Source: Candidatus Omnitrophota bacterium
GTDB taxonomy: Bacteria; Omnitrophota; Gorgyraeia; Zapsychrales; JAKLDJ01
DNA: 64,000 nt
Direction: 5' to 3'
Assembly (NCBI GenBank): GCA_022703585.1
Contig: JAKLDJ010000002.1
Coordinates: 27,413-91,412 of the forward strand
Position 1 is the first letter of the stretch. Every line of letters starts with the position of its first letter. Made by a program: the position numbers and the translations under genes. The notes below the pieces were generated by a model. The model saw only the letters and a list, made by a program, of their open reading frames with translations. It was not told the DNA's origin and made no database searches. Below, in pieces: positions 9,725 to 19,245 of the stretch.

Positions 9725-11181
9725 GAAAAAAAGTTTCGTACAACCTCTCTATCGTCAAAATCGATTGTCTTGTCCTTAAAAATCTGATAGGTCTCATGGC
9801 CTTTACCGGCAATCAGGACAATATCGCCTTTTTTTGCCGAAATGAGCGCTTTTTTAATCGCGGCCTCGCGGTCAGAGATAACTTCATAATTCCTTTCTTG
9901 AAAACCGGAAGTAACTTGCTCGAGAATAGATTGCGGGTCTTCGCTACGGGGGTTATCGCTGGTCAAAATACACCAATCGGCAAGCCGGCCGGCCACCCGC
10001 CCCATCTTGGGGCGCTTGGTCTTATCTCGGTCGCCGCCACAGCCAAAAACGACAATAATTTTTGCTTTGCTAACCGCCCTGAGATTGGTTAAAACATTTT
10101 TCAGGGCATCCTCCGTGTGCGCATAGTCGACAAAGACATTAAAGTCCTGCCCGCAAACAACCTGTTCCAGGCGGCCCGGCACAACGGACAGATTTTCAAT
10201 TCCATCCCTGATCCCCTCAAGACTTATCCCTTCCCCAAAACACCCCGCGGCTGCGGATAAGATGTTATAAATATTATGCCTGCCGATCAATTTCGTTTGA
10301 ATAGGAATTCTTCCTTGGGGAGTTTTAAGCGTAAAGGCGGTTTGGGAAAAATTTAAAACAATATTTTCGGCCGTCACATCGGCTTTATGGTTTAAGGCAT
10401 AGGTAATACTATTAGCGCGAGTCATCGGTAAAAGCCTCACACCATACTCATCATCGATATTGATGACGGCACAAGAATCTTTTGAAAGGCGAGAGAAAAG
10501 CAGGGCTTTAGCAGTAAAATATTCCTCCATTGTCTTGTGGTAATCCAAGTGATCGCCGGTTAAATTGGTAAACACCCCGACTTTAAAATCAATAGCATCC
10601 ACCCTACCTTGGTCCAGGGCATGCGAAGAAACCTCCATCACGCAATAATCAATGCCCTCCCGGGCCATCTCAGACAAATACCGCTGATTATCGACAATGC
10701 CGGGAGTCGTATTTTTAGAAGGAATAACCTTTCCCCCCAGACGATAATTGACCGTGCCGATAACCGTGCATTTCTTGCCGGCCTGCCTCAGAATAGATTC
10801 AAAAAGATAGGATATTGTCGTTTTTCCGTTTGTCCCTGTGATCCCGATCGTCCGCACTTTCTGAGAAGGGTCACCGTAAAAACGCATTAAAACATCCCGG
10901 AGGAATTTCTTGGAATCTTTAACGATTAAAATGCAGACATCTTTATTTGCAAAATCATCCGTATCGCCGCGGCCTTTTTCTTTGGCAATAATCTTGGCGC
11001 CTTTTGAAATCGCCGAGACGACAAAATCCGCCCCGTCGGATATCGGCCCCTTGACCGCAACAAACAAGCTGTTTTTCTGAATATCCCGGGAATCGCAGCT
11101 AATAGATTCAACGCTTAGCGCGGCAAAACACTCCGGCAACTCAACGCCGTCAATTCCATTCAATAATTTCTTTAATTTCAT
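9712..11181 (-). CDS. murE: UDP-N-acetylmuramoyl-L-alanyl-D-glutamate--2,6-diaminopimelate (or L-lysine) ligase
   Basis: 489 aa Mur ligase (GITGTNGKTT, DNPR motif near the C-terminus). Confidence 0.9.
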   Translation of the reverse strand: MKLKKLLNGIDGVELPECFAALSVESISCDSRDIQKNSLFVAVKGPISDGADFVVSAISKGAKIIAKEKGRGDTDDFANKDVCILIVKDSKKFLRDVLMRFYGDPSQKVRTIGITGTNGKTTISYLFESILRQAGKKCTVIGTVNYRLGGKVIPSKNTTPGIVDNQRYLSEMAREGIDYCVMEVSSHALDQGRVDAIDFKVGVFTNLTGDHLDYHKTMEEYFTAKALLFSRLSKDSCAVINIDDEYGVRLLPMTRANSITYALNHKADVTAENIVLNFSQTAFTLKTPQGRIPIQTKLIGRHNIYNILSAAAGCFGEGISLEGIRDGIENLSVVPGRLEQVVCGQDFNVFVDYAHTEDALKNVLTNLRAVSKAKIIVVFGCGGDRDKTKRPKMGRVAGRLADWCILTSDNPRSEDPQSILEQVTSGFQERNYEVISDREAAIKKALISAKKGDIVLIAGKGHETYQIFKDKTIDFDDREVVRNFFSCLR

Positions 11182-12893
11182 CGGCGAGTACCTGTTTCTG
11201 CAGTTTTCACCGTATCGTTACCGGTAACGTCAAGATATCTTAAGACATCTTGTGCGACTTCCTTAAACACCGGTGCCGAGACCGTCCCCCCGTAATACGT
11301 CAGGTGCGGTTCGTCGAAAATAACAACCATGGCAATTTTAGGATTATCCGCCGGGGCAAATCCGATAAAGGAAGCATAAAAACTATTGTGAGAATACACG
11401 CCGCCGACAACTTTTTGGGCCGTGCCTGTTTTTCCCGCGACCTTAACATTCTTTATTCTGGCAAGCTTTCCCGTACCGTCTTCCACCGCTCGCGTCAGGA
11501 TCACCTTCAGGCGATCGGCCGTATTTTTACTGATGACCTGGGCAACGGTTTGAGGCTGGAATTCTTCTATGATCTCGCCCTTTTGATCTTTGATATATTT
11601 TACCACAAAAGGCTTCATATACACGCCGTCATTGGCGATAGCGGCAATCGCACACCCAAGCTGTATAGCCGTTACCGTCACTTCATGCCCGATGGGGATA
11701 GCCCCGATAGAGGTCTTGGACCACACAGATGGCGGCTTTAAGACCCCATTTACCTCGCCCGGAATATTAATCCCGGTCGGCATGCCAAAACGAAAAAGTT
11801 GGGCATACTTGTAAACCAGGGACGGTCCCAGTAATTGGGCGACTTTTGTTACGCCGATATTACTGGACTGTTCGATAACCTGACTAAAGGTTAGGGTCCC
11901 ATGTTTCTGGTGGTCATGCAGGATGTGATTGCCAACTCGGTAGGTCCCATTTTCGCAGAAAAATTTATCCTGCTCGGAAACCTTTCCCTCTTCTAAAGCC
12001 GCGGCTGCCGTCACGATTTTAAATACCGACCCCGGTTCATACATATCCGCAACGGCACGGTCACGGCGTGCATCCATGTCACTCTGGGTCGGCGACATAA
12101 GGTCAAACGTCGGCCTATTCGCCAAAGCCAGAATCTCTCCGGTCTTTGGATTGATAACAATGATCATCGCGCCTCGGGCACGATGCTTCACAAAGGCCTT
12201 ATCTAAGGCACGCTCGGCGATATACTGGATGGTTTCGTCAATGGTCAAGACGACGTCAAATCCGTCCTTGGGAGGTATGAAACTTTTCTCGATCAGCAGG
12301 GCCCGTTGTTTGGCATCTTTCAATATTTGCGTCCATCCAAATTCACCCTTAAGGTATTTATTATATTTTAATTCCAGCCCTTCCAATCCCTCGTTATCCA
12401 TCCCCGCAAAACCGATTAACTGGGCGGCCAGCGCTTGGTTCGGATAGTGACGCCTGCTTTCCTTGATAAAATCCAAACCTGCTATTTTAAGATTTTTTAT
12501 TTTTTGGACACTTGTTAAGGGAAGCTTTCTCTCCAGCCATACAAAATATTTATCTTTATCCAGCCGCTCCCGGATAAAATCCGGCTCAAGCCCCAGCAGG
12601 ACAGATAATTCCCCAACCGCTTTCTCCTTATCTCTCGCTTTCATCATTTTTGGATTCGCATAAAGCGAATACGCCGCCACATTGATAGCCAAGGGATGCA
12701 GGTTGCGATCGTAAATAGCTCCCCGCTTGGGCTCGAGCTTTATGAAATAATTATGCTGCTTTTCAGCGAGTTGATCAAGATAGGAGGATTTAAAGACCTG
12801 GATAAGAATTAATTTAATGAGACAAAAACAGAGGGCGAGAATAAAGACAAGAAAGACAATGCAAAATCGCAGAGGATACTTTCGGATGTGCAC
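11178..12893 (-). CDS. ftsI: Peptidoglycan D,D-transpeptidase (class B PBP, FtsI-like)
   Basis: 571 aa with an N-terminal TM helix. Carries SVFK (SxxK), SSN and KTGTA motifs. It uses a GTG start at 12893 with no obvious SD. Confidence 0.85.
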   Translation of the reverse strand: MHIRKYPLRFCIVFLVFILALCFCLIKLILIQVFKSSYLDQLAEKQHNYFIKLEPKRGAIYDRNLHPLAINVAAYSLYANPKMMKARDKEKAVGELSVLLGLEPDFIRERLDKDKYFVWLERKLPLTSVQKIKNLKIAGLDFIKESRRHYPNQALAAQLIGFAGMDNEGLEGLELKYNKYLKGEFGWTQILKDAKQRALLIEKSFIPPKDGFDVVLTIDETIQYIAERALDKAFVKHRARGAMIIVINPKTGEILALANRPTFDLMSPTQSDMDARRDRAVADMYEPGSVFKIVTAAAALEEGKVSEQDKFFCENGTYRVGNHILHDHQKHGTLTFSQVIEQSSNIGVTKVAQLLGPSLVYKYAQLFRFGMPTGINIPGEVNGVLKPPSVWSKTSIGAIPIGHEVTVTAIQLGCAIAAIANDGVYMKPFVVKYIKDQKGEIIEEFQPQTVAQVISKNTADRLKVILTRAVEDGTGKLARIKNVKVAGKTGTAQKVVGGVYSHNSFYASFIGFAPADNPKIAMVVIFDEPHLTYYGGTVSAPVFKEVAQDVLRYLDVTGNDTVKTAETGTRR

Positions 12894-13043
12894 GATTGAT
12901 TCGGCTTTAAGGTAGAATCCGACAGCACTCTTAAGCGGCGATAGAATAGCTTATCGGATTTGAATAGTTATGTTCAATAATCAAGATAAGAAGCTGACTT
13001 TCTTATCATTTTTCTTTAGCTAAATATGCCGAGAAACTTCAAA

Positions 13044-13427
13044 TTAGCGTATCGACTTCGCCTCTGCCTGCGATCTTAAAGACAGAATACTCGCCAAAAA
13101 GGATTGTTTTCTTTCTGTCGATTTCGATAATGCCAGATCAATCTTCTCTACCGTCTGGACAGGCGTTTTAAGCCGTACAATATGCTCACCGTCCATAAAC
13201 TGCATGCGAGAACTGCTTCCCAGTAATTTTACACCCAGATTACTGGCAGATTTTAGCTTATGAATACTATACATCGCACTGCTGTTATCGTCGATAAGTT
13301 TCTGCACCGCTACTTCTTTACATCGCCCCTGATAGGCTAGGTCAAATATCTGGAACTGCAGATGGATGTAAATTAAAGCCCCCGCGGTCAGAATAAACAT
13401 AGTCCCAAAAAATCTCGATAATCTCAT
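13044..13427 (-). CDS. ftsL: FtsL-like small bitopic cell division protein
   Basis: 127 aa with a single N-terminal TM helix and a coiled/periplasmic tail. The position between rsmH and ftsI is canonical. Family assignment rests on context only. Confidence 0.5.
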   Translation of the reverse strand: MRLSRFFGTMFILTAGALIYIHLQFQIFDLAYQGRCKEVAVQKLIDDNSSAMYSIHKLKSASNLGVKLLGSSSRMQFMDGEHIVRLKTPVQTVEKIDLALSKSTERKQSFLASILSLRSQAEAKSIR

Positions 13428-13428
13428 T

Positions 13429-14334
13429 TTAGCCTTTCTCTGCTACGCGTAACCGTGCGCTGCGCGCACGCGGATTGTCATTAGTTTCGTCCGGACTTGG
13501 ACGCAACGGTTTTTTGGTAATCAGCTTCACCTTTCCTTGTTTTGCAAAGGAGAGAAATTTTTCCTTAACAATTTTATCCTCCAGAGAATGGAACGAAATC
13601 ACACACAGCCGTGCGGCCGGAGATAAATAATCAACCGCTTTATCCAGCGCCACTTCAAGCGCCTCCAGCTCGCGATTAACGGCAATACGAAAAGCCTGGA
13701 AAGTCCGCGTCGCAGGATGGATTTTTTGATTTTGATAACGATGCGGTATCGCCCTTAAAACCGTATCACTTAAATCCTGGGTTGACTCAATCGGCGCCTT
13801 GCTTCTTTGTTTGACCAAATAACTGGCGATACGATGATGCCACCGCTCCTGGCCGAAATTTTTCAAAATCGAAGCAATCTCTCCTTCGGAGAGTGAATTA
13901 ACCAAATCATACGCCGATATATAGCTATTCTTATCCATACGCATATCCAAAGGTCCTTCGGACTTTATGCTAAAACCTCTTTGAGCATCCTCCAGCTGAT
14001 AGCTGGAAATTCCCAGGTCGAGCAGCATGCCATTCACCTGGCGAATGCCAAGGCTGTCTAAAACATGATCGATATTTCTAAAATCATCTTTTACCAGTCG
14101 GTAACGCCCGGCAAAACTTTTAAGCCTTTCCTCTGCCACTAAAAGAGAATCGCCGTCACGGTCAATGCCGATTAATTGGCCCGCCGGTCCGACAGCGGTT
14201 AAGATATTCATGGAGTGGCCGGCTGTGCCGACGGTGCCATCCACAATACAATCACCGTCTTTGAGATTTAAAAACTCTAGTACTTCCTTGAGCATTACCG
14301 GAATATGAATCATCGCAACGCCGCTAAACATCAA
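13429..14334 (-). CDS. rsmH: 16S rRNA (cytosine1402-N4)-methyltransferase
   Basis: 301 aa with a SAM methyltransferase fold (VDGTVGTAGHS, GISSYQLED). Confidence 0.9.
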   Translation of the reverse strand: MMFSGVAMIHIPVMLKEVLEFLNLKDGDCIVDGTVGTAGHSMNILTAVGPAGQLIGIDRDGDSLLVAEERLKSFAGRYRLVKDDFRNIDHVLDSLGIRQVNGMLLDLGISSYQLEDAQRGFSIKSEGPLDMRMDKNSYISAYDLVNSLSEGEIASILKNFGQERWHHRIASYLVKQRSKAPIESTQDLSDTVLRAIPHRYQNQKIHPATRTFQAFRIAVNRELEALEVALDKAVDYLSPAARLCVISFHSLEDKIVKEKFLSFAKQGKVKLITKKPLRPSPDETNDNPRARSARLRVAEKG

Positions 14335-14761
14335 TCATTTTTTCCGCGATATCTTCGTACGAATTTCTGGAATTGCTGTAGGACTCACGCCACAGATCAA
14401 TATCCCAAATTTCGATCCTATTCGAGACGCCGATAATAATCGTATCTTTTTTAATACTGGCAAAATCTTTCAAGTACTGCGGCATGATAAAACGGCCCTG
14501 CCGGTCAGGAACAACCTCTGCCGTTCCAGAAAAGAAAATCCTGTTGAACTTTCTCGCCTCCTGCTTGGTAAACGAAAGATTCTTAAATTTCTGCTCCTGA
14601 GACCGCCATTCTTCCTCAGCGAACATAAAAATACAGCGATCCAGACCACGGGTGAGAAAAAACTTCTCTACGCCAGCCTCCTTGGCCACTTCACGAAAGC
14701 GAGCCGGAAGGATAAGACGTCCCTTTCGGTCAATGCTATGTTCATATTCACCGTAAAACAT
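14324..14761 (-). CDS. mraZ: Division/cell wall cluster transcriptional regulator MraZ
   Basis: 145 aa with duplicated SpoVT/AbrB-like halves (DRKGRLILPARFR ... DRQGRFIMPQYL). Confidence 0.9.
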   Translation of the reverse strand: MFYGEYEHSIDRKGRLILPARFREVAKEAGVEKFFLTRGLDRCIFMFAEEEWRSQEQKFKNLSFTKQEARKFNRIFFSGTAEVVPDRQGRFIMPQYLKDFASIKKDTIIIGVSNRIEIWDIDLWRESYSNSRNSYEDIAEKMIDV

Positions 14762-14780
14762 GGCATTTCCTTTGGTTAAA

Positions 14781-14804
14781 CCACTTTACACCACTTTGCT
14801 CCAC
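14781..14804 (-). promoter_or_regulatory. Putative MraZ operator: three direct GTGG repeats at exact 10-bp phasing
   Basis: The minus-strand sense reads GTGGagcaaaGTGGtgtaaaGTGGtttaac (plus-strand CCAC at 14781, 14791 and 14801). It lies between the -10 and the mraZ ATG. MraZ proteins are known to bind phased GTGG(G) repeats downstream of Pmra. Confidence 0.55.
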
Positions 14805-14813
14805 CTAATGGCC

Positions 14814-14842
14814 AGTATAGTGAAGCCCATGGGACTTGTCAA
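14814..14842 (-). promoter_or_regulatory. Sigma-70-like promoter (Pmra): TTGACA-17nt-TATACT
   Basis: Minus-sense TTGACA at 14842-14837, 17-nt spacer, TATACT at 14819-14814. The -10 lies about 55 nt upstream of the mraZ ATG, and there is an AAAGGAA RBS. Confidence 0.6.
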
Positions 14843-15010
14843 CACAAATCCCGTTATTTTTAGGGTAAATGAATATTTATAATAATTACGAAACTACCCT
14901 TTCTCGACGACAGGAAAAGGGGTGGGGGCGGCCTTTGGGCTGGATAAAGAGTGTTTGTTTTATTGCGGCAGATACGACGGCAGGAACAACAAAGACTAGA
15001 AAGTAAGCAG

Positions 15011-15937
15011 CTAACGCAAGAATTCTTTGGCTTTTATTGCGTCTTTCCTCATTTGACTGACCAGTCGATGAATCGAGGCAAACTTTTTTTGATTGCGAAT
15101 TTTACGAATCAGCATTAATTCGATTTCTTTTCCATAAATATACTTATTAAAATTAAAAATATGAACTTCGATACATATTTTAACTTGTTTGCCCTTAAAA
15201 GAAAGTTTTCGTCCGATACTGGCGACACCCTTTAGAATTTCCGAATTAAAGGTAACGCGAGCCGCGTAAACACCCTCGGGAACAATAATATCTTGGGCCG
15301 ACTCAATGTTTGCCGTGGGAAAACCTAAAGAGGCTCCTCGGCCGTCACCGTGAACCACCACGCCTAAGACCGAGACGGGACGACCCAGCAGCTTCTGTGC
15401 CTTGTCAATCTTCCCGGCGGCAATGAACTGTCGTATACGGCTGCTGCTGATTATCATTTTTCCCTTCTTTAAGGAATGGATAACCTTGACACCAAAACCA
15501 TGCTGCCTCCCCTTCTCTTCTAAGAAACGGGCATCTCCCGAACGGTTTTTACCGAACTTAAAATTGGCACCCACAAAAACAACCTTGGCTTTGATCATTT
15601 TAACAAGATATTTCTTTATAAAATCTTCACCGCTAATGCGGGAAAATTTTTGGGTAAAAGGAACAACGATACAGGCCTTTATTCCCGTCTGCTGCATGAT
15701 CTTCAGCCGATGTTTTAGGGAAATAATATACGGCGGGTTTGTGCCGGATTTTAGAACATGTTCGGGATGCGGAAAAAAAGTCATCAAGATACCGGTGCCC
15801 TTAACCTGCCGCGCTCTTTGACACACGCTTCGAATGAGATATTGATGACCGAGATGTAGGCCGTCAAAAATCCCTATACCCAAAACAGGTCTTACGAATT
15901 TCTTTTTAAGCCGTTCAATCCGATAAAAAACTTTCAT
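15011..15937 (-). CDS. ribF: Bifunctional riboflavin kinase / FMN adenylyltransferase
   Basis: GIFDGLHLGHQ adenylyltransferase motif plus a C-terminal flavokinase region. The likely start is the internal ATG at 15937, which forms an ATGA overlap with the truB stop. The ORF-track start at 15964 is an upstream extension. Confidence 0.85.
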   Translation of the reverse strand: MKVFYRIERLKKKFVRPVLGIGIFDGLHLGHQYLIRSVCQRARQVKGTGILMTFFPHPEHVLKSGTNPPYIISLKHRLKIMQQTGIKACIVVPFTQKFSRISGEDFIKKYLVKMIKAKVVFVGANFKFGKNRSGDARFLEEKGRQHGFGVKVIHSLKKGKMIISSSRIRQFIAAGKIDKAQKLLGRPVSVLGVVVHGDGRGASLGFPTANIESAQDIIVPEGVYAARVTFNSEILKGVASIGRKLSFKGKQVKICIEVHIFNFNKYIYGKEIELMLIRKIRNQKKFASIHRLVSQMRKDAIKAKEFLR

Positions 15938-16614
15938 AAAACGCCCACGCCTTTTTCGCCCCACTTTAAGATATGGCGCTCGCTCACTTCCTCAAGGCTC
16001 ACGGCACTTTTAATATCAAAAGGCCCCACACTCAACCTTCTAATCTGAGAGATACAACCGCCACAGCCGAGAATCGCCCCGACATCTTCGGCTATTTTAC
16101 GCACATAGGTTCCCTTCGAACACTCCAAATGAAATTTTACTTTCGGCAAAGAAAAGTCAATCAATTCCAACCGGTTAATTCTTATCTGGCGAGGCTCTCG
16201 CACCACCTCAATCCCTTTTCTGGCTAACTTGTAAAGTCTTTTGCCTTGGACCTTCACCGCCGAAACCATCGGAGGCACTTGTTCGATATCTCCCAGAAAG
16301 GTACGGAATACACTTTCGACTCTCTCCCGGGTTACATCCTCATAAGGAAGCATGTTCAAGACCTTGCCCTGAGTATCGGCGGTATCCGTCGTAGTTCCCA
16401 AGGTTAAGGTTGCTTCATAGGCTTTGTCAAAAGAAGAAAAACGGTCAAAGAGTTTTGTCGATTGCCCCAAAAGAACGACAAGAACGCCCGTCGCCAAAGG
16501 ATCGAGCGTCCCTGCATGGCCCACGCGGCGCATTTTCAGTTTTCGCCGGATAAAACTCACCACATCGTGCGAGGTTATTCCGCTCGGCTTATCAATGATA
16601 ATAAATCCGTCCAT
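15934..16614 (-). CDS. truB: tRNA pseudouridine(55) synthase
   Basis: 226 aa with IIIDKPSGITSHDVV and GHAGTLDP catalytic Asp motifs. Confidence 0.9.
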   Translation of the reverse strand: MDGFIIIDKPSGITSHDVVSFIRRKLKMRRVGHAGTLDPLATGVLVVLLGQSTKLFDRFSSFDKAYEATLTLGTTTDTADTQGKVLNMLPYEDVTRERVESVFRTFLGDIEQVPPMVSAVKVQGKRLYKLARKGIEVVREPRQIRINRLELIDFSLPKVKFHLECSKGTYVRKIAEDVGAILGCGGCISQIRRLSVGPFDIKSAVSLEEVSERHILKWGEKGVGVL

Positions 16615-16616
16615 AA

Positions 16617-17582
16617 TTATTTTAGAATCCTATTCAAAGATGAAAAAACTTGATGGCGGGCCTCTTTAAGACTGCCCCCGACCTGACAACCGCTTGCCTT
16701 TTTGTGGCCGCCGCCGTTAAACAAAGAGGCTATGTGGGCCACATCAACGTTACCCTGCGATCTAAAATTAATACGCGTTAAATCCTTTTTTATCTCGGTC
16801 AATATGACAATAACTTCGGTCCCCTTGATGGAACGCAAGAACGTGAAGATTTTTTCCCTTAAGTCAAACTCTCCTGAAAATCGATTGATGTCTTTCTTAC
16901 GCAAGCTCACGCTCGTCACCCTTCCCGCATGCGTAATCTCAAAACTGTTGATAATTTTTGTAAACATCTTTAGATCATTTAAAGGAACCGTCTCATAGAT
17001 CTTTTGATACAACTTGTTCACCGGAATCTTAAAACCCAAAAGCTGGCTGATAACCGCATGGGTATGGGCTGAAGTGTTATCATAACGGAAAGATCCGGTA
17101 TCAGTCATGATCCCTAAATATAAAAGCAGGGCGGTTTTTCGGTTTAATCGATAGCGGCCTGCCTTTAAAAGTTCGAATACCATCTCCGACGTCGATGAAG
17201 CAGCAGGATTGACAAAGTTGATATCCGCAAAACGGCGGTTGGTCACATGGTGATCGATGTTGACGATCGTTTTGGCTTTCTGGGCAATTTTCTGGACACT
17301 GCCAACCCTGCCCAAATCACCGCAGTCAACAACAACCGCCACATCACAACTTAAATTCCCATCGGCAGGTTTCAGGGCCCTTATCGAACCGGCCCCGGGG
17401 AGAAAAGAGTACATGCGAGGAACCGGATCCGCATTGATAATATAAATTTTCTTGCCGACCGATTTCAGGTAAAAACCTACCACCAGCTGAGAGGCTAAGG
17501 CATCAATGTCGGGATTGACGTGCGTCACAATAAGAAAACTCTTGGATTGTTTGGCTAACTTAAGAAAGGGTTTATAATTCAT
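16617..17582 (-). CDS. nrnA: DHH/DHHA1 phosphoesterase (NrnA-like oligoribonuclease / pAp phosphatase)
   Basis: 321 aa with DHH motifs (THVNPDIDALAS, NIDHH) and a C-terminal GGGH. Confidence 0.7.
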   Translation of the reverse strand: MNYKPFLKLAKQSKSFLIVTHVNPDIDALASQLVVGFYLKSVGKKIYIINADPVPRMYSFLPGAGSIRALKPADGNLSCDVAVVVDCGDLGRVGSVQKIAQKAKTIVNIDHHVTNRRFADINFVNPAASSTSEMVFELLKAGRYRLNRKTALLLYLGIMTDTGSFRYDNTSAHTHAVISQLLGFKIPVNKLYQKIYETVPLNDLKMFTKIINSFEITHAGRVTSVSLRKKDINRFSGEFDLREKIFTFLRSIKGTEVIVILTEIKKDLTRINFRSQGNVDVAHIASLFNGGGHKKASGCQVGGSLKEARHQVFSSLNRILK

Positions 17583-17958
17583 CGTTTATTTTCCTCAACT
17601 GCTCTTCAATGCGCATGCTGCGCTCAATGGTTTCGTCAAAGATAAACTTTATTTCCGGTGTATAGCGCATCTGAACGCGCTGCGCCAACATCTTTCTTAT
17701 AAATCCGCGCGCACTCTCCAGGCCTTCTTCAGCCGCCAGCCTCTTTTTTTCATCTCCCAAAACACTAAAATAAACCGTCGCATGCTGAAGGTCGCGGCTG
17801 ACCTTTGCCTCGGTAATAGTAACAAATTCCAGGCGCGGGTCTTTGACCTCAAGATGGATAATCTCCGAGACTCCTTCCTTGACCGCTTCATTCACCTTCT
17901 CGATTCTCGCCATATTATTTATCCTTTGGTTAAAGCTGCTAATTTTTTCGCCAGACAC
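17572..17958 (-). CDS. rbfA: Ribosome-binding factor A
   Basis: 128 aa whose KH-like core (VTITEAKVSRDLQHATVYFSV) is typical of RbfA. Confidence 0.85.
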   Translation of the reverse strand: MSGEKISSFNQRINNMARIEKVNEAVKEGVSEIIHLEVKDPRLEFVTITEAKVSRDLQHATVYFSVLGDEKKRLAAEEGLESARGFIRKMLAQRVQMRYTPEIKFIFDETIERSMRIEEQLRKINDEL

Positions 17959-19208
17959 GACTCCTCACGCACAGAGCGGACCTTTCCGTCGAGCTTGGCC
18001 TTTAATATTTTCCCCAAGACGCTTCCCATGCTTCTCCCGGATGCCATTCCCATCTCCTTTAAATCGCTTCCGCTAATCTCAATCTTCACGGATTCGTATT
18101 GTAGCAGAAAATCTTTAATATGCCTGCGAACTATTTTTTGTGAAGTGATGCTGCTCAATAAAATCATATTTTCATAGCTAAGCGGTTTTAGGGTTTCATA
18201 GATGCGACTAGGGGTAATGCCTTTTAAAGAAAGATCCCTAATGATTCCGGCAGAATTCTTGCTCAATAAAATTTTCTTCACATCCTCTCTTTTAAAATGA
18301 AAAGATTGAAGCAAAGACGGGATGCGAGAAGACGGCAAGGCAGCAATCAAAACCATCCAATAGACAAGCCAGGAATCGGATTGTCTTTGCTTAAATCTCC
18401 TTTGAAAACTGTTAATATTAATTTCTGCCTTTTGCAATATATCAAAAACAGGTTTCCCGACCTTAAAGTTTCGGTCAATAAATGCGAGCCCTCTTAAACC
18501 CGCGAGACGATTGACACCCTTGATAGGCTTAGGTTCCTGTAACAGCTTTTTAAACTCCACGAAATAGCGAGGCGGCTTGACGTTTCCCTCAACATTGCTT
18601 TCCAGGGCCTCTTTTAATAATCGCAGCGTATGGCCTTCGATCTCAAAATTGAACCTCTGCTCAAAACGCACCGCCCTTAAAATCCTGGTAGGGTCGTCGA
18701 TAAAACTTTTATCGTGCATGACCCGGATCTTTTTTGATGTCAAATCCCTGTACCCGGAAAAATAATCCACCAATTCCCCAAAATTCTTTCGGTTGATAGC
18801 AACGGCCATCGCATTGATCGTAAAATCACGGCGATACAGATCATCTCTTATCGGACCATCTTCAACAACCGGTAACGATCCGGGATAGGGATACGATTCC
18901 TTGCGGGCAGTGGCAAAATCAGCGCGCAAGCCGCAAGGCAGAACAACCGTAGCCGTCTTAAATCTTTTATGTACCGTCAGAACCGCGTCATGTGCGGCAG
19001 AGAATTTTTCAGCAACCCGTATGGCATTTCCTTCAAAAACAAAATCAAGATCAAGGTTTTTCCTTTTTAACACAAGGTCCCTGACAAAACCACCGACAAG
19101 ATAGGCCCGACAACGACACCCTTCTGCCTCCCTCGCTACTTCGCGGACAATAGACAGGATTTCATTATCGAGCCCGCATAATCTTTTTTTTAGAAGATTG
19201 CCCATCAA
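17919..19208 (-). CDS. cca: tRNA nucleotidyltransferase / poly(A) polymerase family protein (probable CCA-adding enzyme)
   Basis: 429 aa with a Pol-beta NTase head (YLVGGFVRD, DLD, RRDFTINAMA). CCA-adding versus A-adding specificity cannot be judged by eye. Confidence 0.7.
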   Translation of the reverse strand: MMGNLLKKRLCGLDNEILSIVREVAREAEGCRCRAYLVGGFVRDLVLKRKNLDLDFVFEGNAIRVAEKFSAAHDAVLTVHKRFKTATVVLPCGLRADFATARKESYPYPGSLPVVEDGPIRDDLYRRDFTINAMAVAINRKNFGELVDYFSGYRDLTSKKIRVMHDKSFIDDPTRILRAVRFEQRFNFEIEGHTLRLLKEALESNVEGNVKPPRYFVEFKKLLQEPKPIKGVNRLAGLRGLAFIDRNFKVGKPVFDILQKAEININSFQRRFKQRQSDSWLVYWMVLIAALPSSRIPSLLQSFHFKREDVKKILLSKNSAGIIRDLSLKGITPSRIYETLKPLSYENMILLSSITSQKIVRRHIKDFLLQYESVKIEISGSDLKEMGMASGRSMGSVLGKILKAKLDGKVRSVREESCLAKKLAALTKG

Positions 19209-19245
19209 ATCGATCTTTCGTTTATGCCGCTAAACTGGGTACGGC

